Source: an uncultured Chloroflexia bacterium
GTDB lineage: Bacteria; Chloroflexota; Anaerolineae; CG2-30-64-16
Direction: 5' to 3'
Assembly (NCBI GenBank): GCA_963810095.1
Contig: CAWEMM010000014.1
Location: forward strand, 128,001 to 192,000
Length of the DNA stretch: 64,000 bases
Numbering within the stretch: the first letter of the stretch is position 1; each line of letters opens with the position of its first letter. The position numbers were made by a program, and so were the translations under genes. This document shows, in pieces, positions 41,563 through 52,098 of the stretch. The notes beneath the pieces are model-generated. The model searched no databases, was not told where the DNA came from, and saw only the letters and a program-made list of their open reading frames with translations.

Positions 41563-42237
41563 ATGCCAGGCAATCAACGAAATCAGTCGGCCGGCAGGCC
41601 GGGTCAAGGTGGGCCGAATCGGCAAGGTCCTCGGTCCGATGGCGGCCAGGGCGGCCAGGGTGGTCAGGGCCGCGATGGCCGCGATCGCCGCGGCCGGCCG
41701 CCGCGCGAGCAGGACGAACGTGAGCAGCTCGACGAGCGTGTGGTCCACGTGGCCCGCACGTCGAAGGTGCTGAAGGGCGGCCGTCGCTTCGCCTTCCGGG
41801 CCGTCGTGGTCGTTGGCGACAACCACGGCCAGGTCGGCTTCGGCGTGGGCAAGGCCCGCGAAGTGCCGGAAGCGGTGCGCAAGGCTTCGGAGCATGCGCG
41901 CAAGAACATGCAGCGCATCCCGATGGCCGGCACCACGATCCCGCACATCGCATTGGGCGACTTCAGCGCGGCCAAGGTCCTGCTGCGGCCGGCCTCGCCG
42001 GGCACCGGCGTCATTGCGGGCGGCGGCGTGCGCGCCGTGCTTGAGGCGGCGGGCATCCGCGACATCCTGACCAAGAGCCAGGGCAGCGCGAACATGCTGA
42101 ACGTGGTCGCCGCGACCTTTAAGGCGCTCGCAGCCCTGAAGGACCCTGAGGAAGAAGCGAAGCGCCGCGGGCGGCCGGTTGAGGCTCTCACGCCCCACTG
42201 GCTCCGGGGAGGTAAAGATGCAGAACAGCAGCAGTAA
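41563..42237 (+). CDS. rpsE: 30S ribosomal protein S5 with G/Q/R-rich N-terminal extension
   Basis: KGGRRFAF and PGTGVIAGG. Confidence 0.97.
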   Translation: MPGNQRNQSAGRPGQGGPNRQGPRSDGGQGGQGGQGRDGRDRRGRPPREQDEREQLDERVVHVARTSKVLKGGRRFAFRAVVVVGDNHGQVGFGVGKAREVPEAVRKASEHARKNMQRIPMAGTTIPHIALGDFSAAKVLLRPASPGTGVIAGGGVRAVLEAAGIRDILTKSQGSANMLNVVAATFKALAALKDPEEEAKRRGRPVEALTPHWLRGGKDAEQQQ

Positions 42238-42442
42238 CCAGCCGGGCGCCAGCTCGACGAAGCGACTGCGGGTTACCTACTCCACGAGCTCCATCGGCGT
42301 CGAGTACGACCAGAAGGACACCGTGCGCCGGCTGGGCCTGCGCAAGCTGGGCCGCACCGTCGAGCTGCCGGATTCGCCGGCAGTGCGCGGGATGCTCCAC
42401 AAGGTGCGCCACCTGGTGACCGTCGAAGAGGTCGAGGCGTAA
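42218..42442 (+). CDS. rpmD: 50S ribosomal protein L30
   Basis: LGLRKLG..VE and [10 protein letters not shown]; position. Confidence 0.92.
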   Translation: MQNSSSNQPGASSTKRLRVTYSTSSIGVEYDQKDTVRRLGLRKLGRTVELPDSPAVRGMLHKVRHLVTVEEVEA

Positions 42443-42443
42443 G

Positions 42444-42896
42444 ATGAAGCAGCATGATGTGATGCCCGCTCCGGGCTCGAATAAGAAGAAGACTCGCTCC
42501 GGTCGCGGCATCTCCGCGGGCCGCGGCAAGACCGCGGGTCGGGGCACCAAGGGTCAGAATTCACGCTCTGGCGGGTCGAAGCGCCCGTACTTCGAAGGTG
42601 GCCAGCTGCCCCTCGTGCGGCGTCTGCCGCACCTCGGCGGGTTCAAGAACCGCTGGCGCATCGAGTATGCGCCGGTCAACCTGGAACGCCTGAACGTGTT
42701 CGCGACGGGCACGGAAGTCGATCCCGAGATGATGGCCGCGGCCGGCGTGATTAAGTCGCCCGCGAAGCCGGTGAAGATCCTGGGCGATGGCGACCTGACC
42801 GTGGCCTTGACCGTCAAGGCGCACAAGTTCTCCGCATCGGCGCGCGAGAAGATCCAGGCCGCTGGCGGCTCGGTCGAAGAGCTCGCGCTGGAATGA
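42444..42896 (+). CDS. rplO: 50S ribosomal protein L15
   Basis: [12 protein letters not shown] and FEGGQLPL. Confidence 0.97.
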   Translation: MKQHDVMPAPGSNKKKTRSGRGISAGRGKTAGRGTKGQNSRSGGSKRPYFEGGQLPLVRRLPHLGGFKNRWRIEYAPVNLERLNVFATGTEVDPEMMAAAGVIKSPAKPVKILGDGDLTVALTVKAHKFSASAREKIQAAGGSVEELALE

Positions 42897-42998
42897 TCGT
42901 ATTAGCCACAGAGGGCGCAGAGCTTGAAGAGCATCCTGAGCGCAGTCGAAGGATGTCATGCTCGGAGTCCTCTGTGACCTCGTGGCAAGGAGCTAAAC

Positions 42999-44336
42999 AT
43001 GCTAGAAGCGGTTCGTAATGCGTTCCGTTTGCCGGACCTGCGACGCAAGCTGTTGGTCACCCTGGGCATCCTGGTGATCTACCGCCTGCTCGCACACATC
43101 CCGGTGCCGGGCGTGAATACCCAGGCGCTGCAAACGATCTTCAGCTCGAACCAGCTGCTGGGCCTGCTTAACCTGCTGTCGGGCGGCGCGCTGCAGAACT
43201 TCTCGGTGATGGCCATGGGTGTTTACCCGTACATCACCGCGTCGATCATCATCCAGTTGCTCATCCCGATCATTCCGCAGTGGCAAGAGCTGCAGAAGGA
43301 AGGCGATGCGGGCCGCAATAGACTCAACCAGTACACCAACTGGCTGACCATCCCGCTCGCGCTGCTGCAGGCTTTCGGCCAGTCGTCGCTGTTGACCCAG
43401 AGCACCAGCCAGGCCGGCCCCGTCCTGTCGAAGTTCGGCTTCGCCAGCTTTCCGCTCGAGACCATCGTGATCCTGGTCTCGCTGACCGCGGGTACGATGA
43501 TCGCCATGTGGTTGGGCCAGATCATCACCCAAGAGGGTATCGGCAACGGCATCTCGATCATCATCTTTGGCGGCATCATCGCGGCCATGCCCACGAACGT
43601 CGTCAACACGACGATCCAGGGCGGCGTCCTGCAGCTGCTGGTCTTCATCCTGGTGACGGTCCTGACTGTCGCCGTCATCGTGGTCGTGCAGGAAGGGCAG
43701 CGGCGCATTCCGGTGCAATACGGCAAGCGGGTGCGCGCGATGCGGGGCAACCGGCTGATGGTGGTCGGCGGCCAGAGCACGCATGTGCCGATCCGGGTGA
43801 ACTCGGCCGGCATGATCCCGCTGATCTTCGCGTCGTCCATGCTGATCTTCCCGAGCACGATCGCCAGCTACTTCGTCAACTCGCCGTCGGCTTTCGTGTC
43901 GTCCGTGGCGAATGCGGTGTACAACTTCTTCACGCCGGCCCACGCCGCGTACTGGCTGCTCTACTTCTTGTTGGTCATTGCGTTCACGTACTTCTACACG
44001 GACGTGATCTTCAAGCAGCAGAACCTGGCCGAGACGCTGCAGCGCCAGGGTGGCTTCATCCCGGGCATCCGCCCCGGTTACAACACCGAGAAGTACCTGA
44101 ACACCGTGCTGTCCCGCATCACGCTGGTCGGCGCGCTGTTCCTGGGCTTCGTCGCCATCCTGCCGTGGCTCGTCCACCTGTTCTTGGGCGGGGGCGCGTC
44201 GGGCCGGGCGGCCAACAGCACCCTGCTGATCTCCAGCACCGGCCTGCTGATTGTGGTCGGCGTCGTGCTTGACACGATGAAGCAACTGGAAGCGCAGCTG
44301 TTGATGCGCCATTACGAAGGCTTCATCCGGAAGTAG
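42999..44336 (+). CDS. secY: Preprotein translocase SecY
   Basis: GVYPYITASII, GIGNGISIII and FIPGIRPG; multiple TM helices. Confidence 0.98.
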   Translation: MLEAVRNAFRLPDLRRKLLVTLGILVIYRLLAHIPVPGVNTQALQTIFSSNQLLGLLNLLSGGALQNFSVMAMGVYPYITASIIIQLLIPIIPQWQELQKEGDAGRNRLNQYTNWLTIPLALLQAFGQSSLLTQSTSQAGPVLSKFGFASFPLETIVILVSLTAGTMIAMWLGQIITQEGIGNGISIIIFGGIIAAMPTNVVNTTIQGGVLQLLVFILVTVLTVAVIVVVQEGQRRIPVQYGKRVRAMRGNRLMVVGGQSTHVPIRVNSAGMIPLIFASSMLIFPSTIASYFVNSPSAFVSSVANAVYNFFTPAHAAYWLLYFLLVIAFTYFYTDVIFKQQNLAETLQRQGGFIPGIRPGYNTEKYLNTVLSRITLVGALFLGFVAILPWLVHLFLGGGASGRAANSTLLISSTGLLIVVGVVLDTMKQLEAQLLMRHYEGFIRK

Positions 44337-44353
44337 CGCGATTCGGGCAGGCG

Positions 44354-44362
44354 TGATATAAT
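44354..44362 (+). promoter_or_regulatory. Extended -10 promoter upstream of adk
   Basis: TGaTATAAT. Confidence 0.6.
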
Positions 44363-44385
44363 GATGGTTCTGTAACCGGGCAACG

Positions 44386-44448
44386 AGAGACCAGGTTTCT
44401 TCAGGCGAGGCCGTCACGCCGTGACGATCGCACGGAAACCTGGTTTCT
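44386..44448. repeat. Family A palindrome with an expanded loop containing its own hairpin
   Basis: agagaccaggtttct...cgtcac-gcc-gtgacg...ggaaacctggtttct. Confidence 0.8.
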
Positions 44449-44473
44449 TACGGGTAGTGACCAGGGGGCATCG

Positions 44474-45151
44474 ATGGTAGAACAGACAAAGCCGTTGTTT
44501 ATCGTCATGCTCGGCGCCCCGGGCGCCGGTAAGGGCACCCAGGCACGCATGCTCTCGGAAGCGATGCACCTCCCGCAGGTTTCGTCGGGCGACATCTTCC
44601 GCGAGAACCTGAAGAACCAAACGCCGCTGGGTCTGCTGGCCAAGGGGTACATGGACAAGGGCGAGCTGGTGCCCGACGACGTGACCATTAACATGGTGAT
44701 GGACCGGTTGAGCCGGGCGGATGCTGCCGGCGGCGTGGTGTTGGACGGGTTCCCGCGCACGCTGGCCCAGGCCGCCGCGCTGGATCGGGCGCTGGCCGAG
44801 CGGGGCTTGGGTATCCAGGTGGTGCCCTTGCTCGAGGTCGGCGACGAGGCCTTGATCAACCGGTTGGCCGGCCGGCGCGTCTGCAAAGACTGCCAGGCCA
44901 TGTACCACGTCGAGTTCAATCCGCCGACAGTCGAAGGCAAGTGCGACAAGTGCGGCGGCGAGTTGTATCGGCGGGCCGACGACGAACCCGAGACCGTGCG
45001 CAACCGGCTGTTCGTGTACTACAAGCAGACGGCGCCGTTGATCGGCTACTACTTCGCTCACGATCTGCTGGTCCCGATGAACGGCGACCGGCCGATGGAG
45101 CAGGTGCAAGCCGACCTGCTGGCCGCGGTAGCGCCGGCGACGGGCGTCTGA
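44474..45151 (+). CDS. adk: Adenylate kinase (Zn-LID)
   Basis: GAPGAGKGTQ, LDGFPRT and CxxC...CxxC. Confidence 0.97.
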   Translation: MVEQTKPLFIVMLGAPGAGKGTQARMLSEAMHLPQVSSGDIFRENLKNQTPLGLLAKGYMDKGELVPDDVTINMVMDRLSRADAAGGVVLDGFPRTLAQAAALDRALAERGLGIQVVPLLEVGDEALINRLAGRRVCKDCQAMYHVEFNPPTVEGKCDKCGGELYRRADDEPETVRNRLFVYYKQTAPLIGYYFAHDLLVPMNGDRPMEQVQADLLAAVAPATGV

Positions 45152-45186
45152 TCTGGATGCGTGGCCTCGGCGACGCGTAACCAGGG

Positions 45187-45963
45187 GTGATGCATGATCA
45201 TCTTAAAAGTCGGCCTGAGATCGCGCAGATGCGCGAGGCGGGGCGCATCGTTGCCCGGGTGCACGAGGCTATGCGTGAGCTGGTCCGGCCCGGCGTAACG
45301 ACTGCGGAATTGAACACGCGGGCCGAAGAGATCATTCGCCAGCACGGTGCGATCCCGACGTTTCTGGGGTATCCGCACACCGGAAAGAACGACTTTCCGG
45401 CCAGCATCTGCGCCTCGATCAACGAGGAACTGGTGCACGGCATTCCCAGTGCGAAGCGTTGGCTCGAGCCGGGCGATATCATCAGCGTCGACGTGGGCGC
45501 CACGTACAAGGGCTGGGTCGGTGACTCGGCCTGGACCTATGCGGTGGGCCCGATCGATGCCGATAGCCAGGCGTTGATGGATGCGACGGAAGGCAGCCTG
45601 TGGGCGGGCATCGCCCAGGCCCGGGCGGGCAACTTCCTGGCCGATATCTCGAAGGCGATCGAGACGCACATCGTGCAGCGCGGCTTCCACGTGGTCCGTG
45701 AGTACACGGGGCATGGCGTCGGCCGGCGCATGCACGAAGAACCGAATGTGTTGAACTATGTCCCGGCGGGGGTGGGCCGCGGGCCCAAGCTGAAGCCGGG
45801 CATGACGTTTGCGCTGGAGCCCATGGTGGGCACAAGCACCTGGCGCACGAAGGTGATGTCGGATGGCTGGCTGGTCGTTATGGCTGACGGCAAGCGCGCC
45901 GCCCACTTCGAACACACGATCGCCGTCACAGACGGCGAGCCCGAGATTCTGACAGTCTTGTAG
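45187..45963 (+). CDS. map: Type I methionine aminopeptidase
   Basis: HGIP, SVDVG, GDSA, GHGVG..MHEEP and HFEHT. Confidence 0.96.
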   Translation: MMHDHLKSRPEIAQMREAGRIVARVHEAMRELVRPGVTTAELNTRAEEIIRQHGAIPTFLGYPHTGKNDFPASICASINEELVHGIPSAKRWLEPGDIISVDVGATYKGWVGDSAWTYAVGPIDADSQALMDATEGSLWAGIAQARAGNFLADISKAIETHIVQRGFHVVREYTGHGVGRRMHEEPNVLNYVPAGVGRGPKLKPGMTFALEPMVGTSTWRTKVMSDGWLVVMADGKRAAHFEHTIAVTDGEPEILTVL

Positions 45964-45965
45964 GG

Positions 45966-45998
45966 AGAAATCGGGTTTCTGCGAGAAACCGGCTTCCT
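45966..45998. repeat. Degenerate family A palindrome between map and rpmJ
   Basis: agaaatcgggtttct-gcg-agaaaccggcttcct. Confidence 0.75.
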
Positions 45999-46025
45999 GT
46001 GACACGAGGACACTGGAGAAAGAAC

Positions 46026-46139
46026 ATGAAAGTCCGACCGTCGGTCAAGCGCATTTGCGACAAGTGCAAGATCATCCGGCGCCACGGCACGGTGCAGGTA
46101 ATCTGCGTTAACCCGAAGCACAAGCAGCGCCAAGGGTAA
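46026..46139 (+). CDS. rpmJ: 50S ribosomal protein L36 (Zn type; not in ORF track)
   Basis: [37 protein letters not shown]. Confidence 0.97.
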   Translation: MKVRPSVKRICDKCKIIRRHGTVQVICVNPKHKQRQG

Positions 46140-46153
46140 TTGGAGGATAGCGA

Positions 46154-46532
46154 ATGGCTCGTATCGCTGGTGTAGACCTGCCGCGAGATAAGCGGGTTGA
46201 AGTAGGCCTGACTTATATCTTCGGCATCGGCCCTACGTCGAGCAGAGAGATCCTGACGATGACGGGTGTCAACCCGGACGTCCGGATCAAGGACCTGGAC
46301 GAGACGCAGGTTGCAAAGCTGCGTGACGTCATCGAGCGCAACTACAAGGTAGAAGGCGACCTGCGCCGCGAGGTGGCGATGAACATCAAGCGCCTGCAGG
46401 AAATCGGCAGCTACCGCGGTCTGCGCCATCGCCGCAATTTGCCGGTTCGCGGCCAACGCACGCGCGACGAACGCCCGCACCAAGCGAGGCGCTCGCCGCA
46501 CCGTTCCGGGCAAGAAGCGCGCCCGCAAGTAA
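46154..46532 (+). CDS. rpsM: 30S ribosomal protein S13, +1 frameshift near 46466
   Basis: MARIAGVD and [17 protein letters not shown]. Confidence 0.96.
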
Positions 46533-46601
46533 TCGTAAGCTGGGGCGACCGTAGTGGTCGCCCGGGCGGCCGCTACGGTCGCCCCTACTGGGAGAAGAGG
46601 A

Positions 46602-47024
<423 letters not shown>

Positions 47025-47223
47025 TTCTTATTTCGCCACAGAGCAGGCGGAGGCGGCCGAGGGACATCCTTCCGGCGCCTGCGTGAACTCTGAGGCTAAA
47101 CTCTAAAGGTAATTGGGAGAGGGAAGAAGGTTGCCAAGCCGTAAACCTCTCGTCCTGGTTCCTTAAGCGACTCCCAAGAGTCGCACGCAACCAATTGGTT
47201 GCGCATTGATCTGGAGGATCAAG

Positions 47224-47859
47224 TTGGCACGAACGATTGATCCGGTGTGCAGGCTCTGCCGCCGGGAAGGAATGAAGCTCTTTCTGAAGGGTGAGCGGTG
47301 CTACTCGCCCAAGTGCTCCGTCGAGAAGCGCACCTATGCGCCCGGCATGCACGGCAAGAAGGGTGCGTTCAAGCACAAAGAGTCCGATTACGCAATGCAG
47401 CTCCGCGAGAAGCAGAAGGCGCGGCGTTTCTATGGCGTGCAAGAGCGCCAGTTCCGCCGCTACTTTGCCGGTGCGCAGCGCATCAAGGGTATGACCGGCG
47501 TCAACCTGTTGCAGACACTCGAGCGCCGCCTGGACAACGTCGTCTACCGCCTCGGCATCGCCGATTCCCGGCCCCAGGCGCGGCAGCTTGTCCGCCACGG
47601 CCATTTTGCGCTTAACGGCCGCAATCACAACGTACCGTCATACCTGGTCCAGATCGGCGACGAGATCGCGGTGCGCGAGGGCAGCCGCACGAACGGCTAC
47701 TTCAAGAGCATTGCCGACCATCTCGGCCAGCGCTCGGTTCCGGAATGGCTGCAGTTTGATGAATCTCGCCTGGTGGGCCGCGTCGTTGGGACGCCCGACC
47801 GCCAAGCCATCGAAATCCCGCTCAAAGAGCAGCTCATCGTCGAGTACTACAGCCGGTAA
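47224..47859 (+). CDS. rpsD: 30S ribosomal protein S4 (Zn type)
   Basis: CRLCRREG...C...C and [11 protein letters not shown]; TTG start after GGAGG. Confidence 0.97.
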   Translation: MARTIDPVCRLCRREGMKLFLKGERCYSPKCSVEKRTYAPGMHGKKGAFKHKESDYAMQLREKQKARRFYGVQERQFRRYFAGAQRIKGMTGVNLLQTLERRLDNVVYRLGIADSRPQARQLVRHGHFALNGRNHNVPSYLVQIGDEIAVREGSRTNGYFKSIADHLGQRSVPEWLQFDESRLVGRVVGTPDRQAIEIPLKEQLIVEYYSR

Positions 47860-47863
47860 GGCG

Positions 47864-47961
47864 GAATAGAACGCAGGTTGAACTGATGAAACTGGTTGAC
47901 ATGATCATCATGGACAGCGATCAGGTAAATCAGCAAGATCAGTTCGATCAGCGTGCTATTC
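47864..47961. repeat. Family B repeat between rpsD and rpoA
   Basis: gaatagaacgcaggttgaactgat...atcagttcgatcagcgtgctattc. Confidence 0.88.
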
Positions 47962-47982
47962 TTTATAAGGGAGGGTGCTTCC

Positions 47983-48981
47983 TTGTTGGATTTTGTGCTG
48001 CCTAAGATTGAGCGCGAAGCGAGCGCCCGTAACTACGGGAAATTCGTCATCGGCCCGATGGAGAGCGGTTATGGCATCACGCTGGGCAATGCCCTGCGGC
48101 GGGTGCTGTTGTCCTCGCTCCCCGGCGCGGCGGTGAGCTCGATTCGCATTAGCGGGGTTCATCATGAGTTTTCGCCGATTCCAAACGTCCGCGAGGATAC
48201 GACCGCGCTGCTGCTGAACGTCAAGCAGCTGCGGTTGAAGTCTGAGCTGGACGAGCCGGTTCGGCTGCACGTCGATGTGCGCAACGAAGGTCCTGTCACT
48301 GCCGGCGACCTGATCTGCCCGCCTGAGGTGGAGATCGTTAACCCGGAACTGCTGCTGCTGACCGCGGATGCGCCCGACGTCGACCTCGACCTCGAACTGA
48401 CCGTCAGCCGCGGCCGGGGTTACTCGCCCGCGGAAGAGCGTGGCAAGCTGCCGCTGGGCGAAATCCCGGTGGACGCCATCTACGCGCCGGTTCGCAAGGT
48501 CAATTATGCCGTCTCGCGGGCGCGTATCGGCCAGAACACGAATTACGATCGCCTGGTGCTCGAGATCTGGACCGACGGGACCATTGCACCTGAGGCCGCG
48601 CTGCGCGAGTCCGCACGTATGCTCGTCCGCCACCTGACCCTGGTCGCGGGCGCGGACGTGCTGCCGCCCGAGCAGGCAGCGGCCGAGGGCCGCGGGGTGC
48701 CGAGCCGGATCTACGACGTGCCCATCGAGGAGCTGGAGCTGAGCGTCCGGGCGTACAACTGCCTGAAGCGCGCCGGCATTACCAAGGTGGGTGAGGTCCT
48801 GGAGCGGCTGGAGAAGGGTGAGGAAGAAGTCCTCGCCATTCGCAACTTCGGGCGCAAGTCCTTGAACGAACTGGTGGATCGGCTGGACCAGAAGGGTTTC
48901 CTGTCGGCCATCTCCTACCAGCCCACGGTTACGGCCGAGCTGGATGAGGACGCCGAAGACGCCGAAGCCGAGCTAGCATAG
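47983..48981 (+). CDS. rpoA: RNA polymerase alpha subunit
   Basis: GITLGNALRRVLLSS, LSVRAYNCLKRAG and NFGRKSL. Confidence 0.98.
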   Translation: MLDFVLPKIEREASARNYGKFVIGPMESGYGITLGNALRRVLLSSLPGAAVSSIRISGVHHEFSPIPNVREDTTALLLNVKQLRLKSELDEPVRLHVDVRNEGPVTAGDLICPPEVEIVNPELLLLTADAPDVDLDLELTVSRGRGYSPAEERGKLPLGEIPVDAIYAPVRKVNYAVSRARIGQNTNYDRLVLEIWTDGTIAPEAALRESARMLVRHLTLVAGADVLPPEQAAAEGRGVPSRIYDVPIEELELSVRAYNCLKRAGITKVGEVLERLEKGEEEVLAIRNFGRKSLNELVDRLDQKGFLSAISYQPTVTAELDEDAEDAEAELA

Positions 48982-49051
48982 CACTTTCCGCCACGAATCT
49001 CACGATGACCCAAATTCGTGGAATTCGTGGCAGGTATCATGGAGTATACAC

Positions 49052-49537
49052 ATGAAACATCGAGTTGCAGGACGCAAGCTTGGCCGGGATTCGGCGCAAC
49101 GCTCTGCCCTGATGAAAGGTCTGGTTACCGAGCTCTTCCGGCACGATCGCATTAGCACGACCGCGGCCAAGGCGCGTTTCATGCGCGGCGACGCCGAGCA
49201 CCTCATCACGATCGCTAAGCGTGGTTTGGCCGAGGGCGGTAACAACGTACATGCGCATCGCTTGGCCGCCAAGGTCATCACCGACCCAGACGTGGCCGCG
49301 CGGCTGTTCAACGAAATCGCGCCCCGCTTCGCCGAGCGACCCGGGGGCTACACCCGCATGATCAAGATCGGCCCGCGCGTCGGCGACGGCGCCGAGATGG
49401 TTGTGATCGAGTTGGTCGATCGTGGCGACGGCAAGGGCGCCAGCAAGGAAGCCGGCAAGACTGCCGCGCGGCCAAGCATCGGCTCTCGCATGCGCCAGGC
49501 GACGAACCGGATTCGCCGGGGTCGCGAGGAAGAATAG
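49052..49537 (+). CDS. rplQ: 50S ribosomal protein L17
   Basis: MKHRVAGRKLGR and RPGGYTR. Confidence 0.97.
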   Translation: MKHRVAGRKLGRDSAQRSALMKGLVTELFRHDRISTTAAKARFMRGDAEHLITIAKRGLAEGGNNVHAHRLAAKVITDPDVAARLFNEIAPRFAERPGGYTRMIKIGPRVGDGAEMVVIELVDRGDGKGASKEAGKTAARPSIGSRMRQATNRIRRGREEE

Positions 49538-49622
49538 GACGCAGATTGAACTGATTGAACTGCTGGCAGGATCCTTCGCGGTAAAGATCATGTCTCTCGG
49601 TTCAATCAGCTAGATCGGCGGA
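49532..49622. repeat. Family B repeat containing the rplQ stop codon
   Basis: gaataggacgcagattgaactgattgaactg...ggttcaatcagctagatcggcg. Confidence 0.85.
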
Positions 49623-49664
49623 CCGTGCCGAACGTATCAACAGCGTACTTTACCAGGTTACAAG

Positions 49665-50441
49665 TTGCCATACTACCGAGCTACCGTCGCTTATGACGGC
49701 ACCGAATTTCTCGGGTTTCAGCTCCAGGCGGCCGTCAGGACCGTTCAGGGCGAGTTGGAGGCGGCGGTTCTCCGGGTGAGTGGAGCCGAGGCTCGAGTCG
49801 TCGGCTCTGGTCGCACTGATGCGGGCGTGCATGCGGCGGGCCAGGTCGTCGGGTTTCGCGGCGAATGGCGCCACACGACGTCCGACCTGCACCGGGCTCT
49901 GAATGCCGTGCTGGCTCGCGACGTTGCGGTGGTCGACCTGGACGAGGCGCCGGAGACGTGGCACCCGAGGTTCAGCGCCAAGTGGCGGCATTACCGCTAC
50001 TCGGTGCGAAACGCCGCCTGGCGCTCACCGCTCACCCGGCACTACGCCTTGCACCTGGGCCAGCCCTTGCAGCTGGCCAACCTGCAAGCGGCGGCGCGGG
50101 TCTTTGTCGGCGAGCATGATTTCGCCAGCTTTGGCCGGCCGATGCAGGACGGCGAGAGCACCCGGCGGATGATCTACCGCTCGGGTTGGCGTCAAGAAGG
50201 CGATATGCTCTTCTATGACGTCATCGGCAACGCCTTCCTGCGAGGGATGGTGCGGTCGTTGGTCGGGAGCATGTTGCGTGTGGGTCTGGCCCAGTCGACA
50301 GTCGAGCAGTTGCTCGAGACACTGGCGGCGAAGGATCGCACCCTGGCGGCGCCACCCGCAGCAGCGTGCGGCTTGTGCCTGATGCATGTTGAATATGACG
50401 AACCGCAAGGTTCTGCGTCTAGGCGGACTTGCGAAGGATAG
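49665..50441 (+). CDS. truA: tRNA pseudouridine(38-40) synthase
   Basis: AYDGT, GRTDAGVHA and FLRGMVR. Confidence 0.96.
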   Translation: MPYYRATVAYDGTEFLGFQLQAAVRTVQGELEAAVLRVSGAEARVVGSGRTDAGVHAAGQVVGFRGEWRHTTSDLHRALNAVLARDVAVVDLDEAPETWHPRFSAKWRHYRYSVRNAAWRSPLTRHYALHLGQPLQLANLQAAARVFVGEHDFASFGRPMQDGESTRRMIYRSGWRQEGDMLFYDVIGNAFLRGMVRSLVGSMLRVGLAQSTVEQLLETLAAKDRTLAAPPAAACGLCLMHVEYDEPQGSASRRTCEG

Positions 50442-50506
50442 AACGCAGGCGGCGGGGCAACCCCAGGGTTGCACGCTTGCGGTACGAGTTACGAGGAGTC
50501 TGAACA

Positions 50507-50944
50507 GTGAGAACTTATAGCGCAACCGCTGCGGACGCTGAAGCCAGCCGCGAGTGGTATGTCGTTGATGCCACGGGGCAGAATCTGGGCCGCCTGGCTA
50601 CGCAGATCGCCAACGTGCTGAAGGGCAAGCACAAGCCGATCTACACGCCGGGCATGGATTGCGGCGACTTCGTCGTCGTCATCAACGCCGACAAAATCCG
50701 GGTCACCGGCAACAAGCTGGACGACAAACTGTACTACCGCTACTCGGGGTATCCTGGCGGCTTGCACGATGTCACGCTGCGCAAGCAGCTGGCCACGCAT
50801 CCCGATCGCGTGATTGAGGATGCCGTGTTGGGCATGCTCGCGCGCAACAAGCTGCGCAGGCAGCTGATCAAGAAGCTCAAGGTGTACGCCGGCGGCCAAC
50901 ACCCGCATGCGGCCCAACAGCCGAAGCCATTTCCGTTGGCGTGA
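50507..50944 (+). CDS. rplM: 50S ribosomal protein L13
   Basis: LGRLAT, GKHKP.YTP and SGYPGG. Confidence 0.98.
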   Translation: MRTYSATAADAEASREWYVVDATGQNLGRLATQIANVLKGKHKPIYTPGMDCGDFVVVINADKIRVTGNKLDDKLYYRYSGYPGGLHDVTLRKQLATHPDRVIEDAVLGMLARNKLRRQLIKKLKVYAGGQHPHAAQQPKPFPLA

Positions 50945-50959
50945 GGAGAGAGATTTTAG

Positions 50960-51352
50960 ATGTCAGCTAGATATTTCGAGGCCGTTGGCCGCCGCAAGAC
51001 CTCCAGCGCCCGTGTCCGCCTTTATCCGGGCACCGGCACGATTGTCGTAAACGAGCGCCCGTTCGGCGAGTACTTCCCGCGCGAGACGGACCAGCTGCTG
51101 ATCTCCCGCCCGCTCCAGACGAGCGACACGGCGAGCAGCTTCAACGTCAGCATCCAGGTGACCGGCGGCGGCCTGACCGGCCAGGCCGGCGCGGCTGCGT
51201 TGGGCATTGCCCGTGCACTGTGCGTTGCCGATGCGGAACTGCGGCCCGTGCTCAAGAAGAACGGCTTCCTCGTGCGCGACCCCCGCGCCAAGGAACGCAA
51301 GAAGTACGGTCTCAAGCGCGCCCGCAAGGCCCCGCAGTACACCAAGCGCTAA
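50960..51352 (+). CDS. rpsI: 30S ribosomal protein S9
   Basis: GRRKTSSARV and ERKKYGLKRARKAPQYTKR. Confidence 0.98.
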   Translation: MSARYFEAVGRRKTSSARVRLYPGTGTIVVNERPFGEYFPRETDQLLISRPLQTSDTASSFNVSIQVTGGGLTGQAGAAALGIARALCVADAELRPVLKKNGFLVRDPRAKERKKYGLKRARKAPQYTKR

Positions 51353-51373
51353 ACGTCTCCCAATTGGGAGATG

Positions 51374-51470
51374 AAATAGGACGCAGATCGAACTGATCTG
51401 ACTGATCTACACGATTCTCATTAGTGGAATCATGCGGATCAGTTCAATCAGTCAGATCTGTGTTCTATTC
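51374..51470. repeat. Family B repeat after rpsI
   Basis: aaataggacgcagatcgaactgatctgactgat...atcagttcaatcagtcagatctgtgttctattc. Confidence 0.88.
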
Positions 51471-51491
51471 TTTTCTGGCCAGGAGCGTAGC

Positions 51492-52014
51492 ATGCGGGTG
51501 GGGATTCTGACCGTCAGCGATCGCAGCTTTCGCGGCGAGCGTGCAGACCTGGGCGGGCCTGCACTCGAGCGGGCCATCCGTGAAGGCTGGGCCCCGGTCG
51601 CACCGGAAGGTCAGCGCGACGTGGACGTGGCGGCCATGGCGGTCGTCCCGGACGAGCGCGACCTGATCGCGGCGAAGCTCGCCGAGTGGGCGGACCTGCT
51701 GCAGCTCGACCTGGTGCTGACGACCGGGGGTACGGGCTTCGCACCGCGCGACGTGACCCCCGAGGCCACGCTGGATGTGATAGAGCGCAGCGCGCCCGGC
51801 CTGGCCGAGGCGATTCGCGGCACAAAGCCTGCGCATCACCCCGCACGCCATGCTCAGCCGCGCGGTCGCCGGCATCCGCAAGCGCACCTTGATCGTCAAC
51901 CTGCCCGGCAGCCCGAAAGGCGCGGTCGAGAGTCTTGCGATGATCATGCCGGTGCTGCCACACGCCATCGAGCTGCTGCATGAGGATGCTTCGGCCGAGC
52001 AGCACCACGGCTGA
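51492..52014 (+). CDS. mog: Molybdopterin adenylyltransferase (MogA/MoaB), +1 frameshift near 51820
   Basis: [25 protein letters not shown] and NLPGSPK. Confidence 0.88.
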
Positions 52015-52098
52015 ACCAGTCGCCAAGCGGATCGAACGCGCTGTAGGGCGAGCTTCAGCTCGCCGCGCCAATTGCGATCATGGCACACACCGAATCGC

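Noticed and set aside
41640-41700. 9-bp tandem repeats in the rpsE 5' region
   Set aside because: They simply encode a low-complexity GQG/RDG N-terminal tail, common in S5.
51356-51371. Perfect palindrome TCTCCCAATTGGGAGA sharing a CCAATTGG core with 47187-47202
   Set aside because: Only two dissimilar instances; too little evidence for a shared operator.
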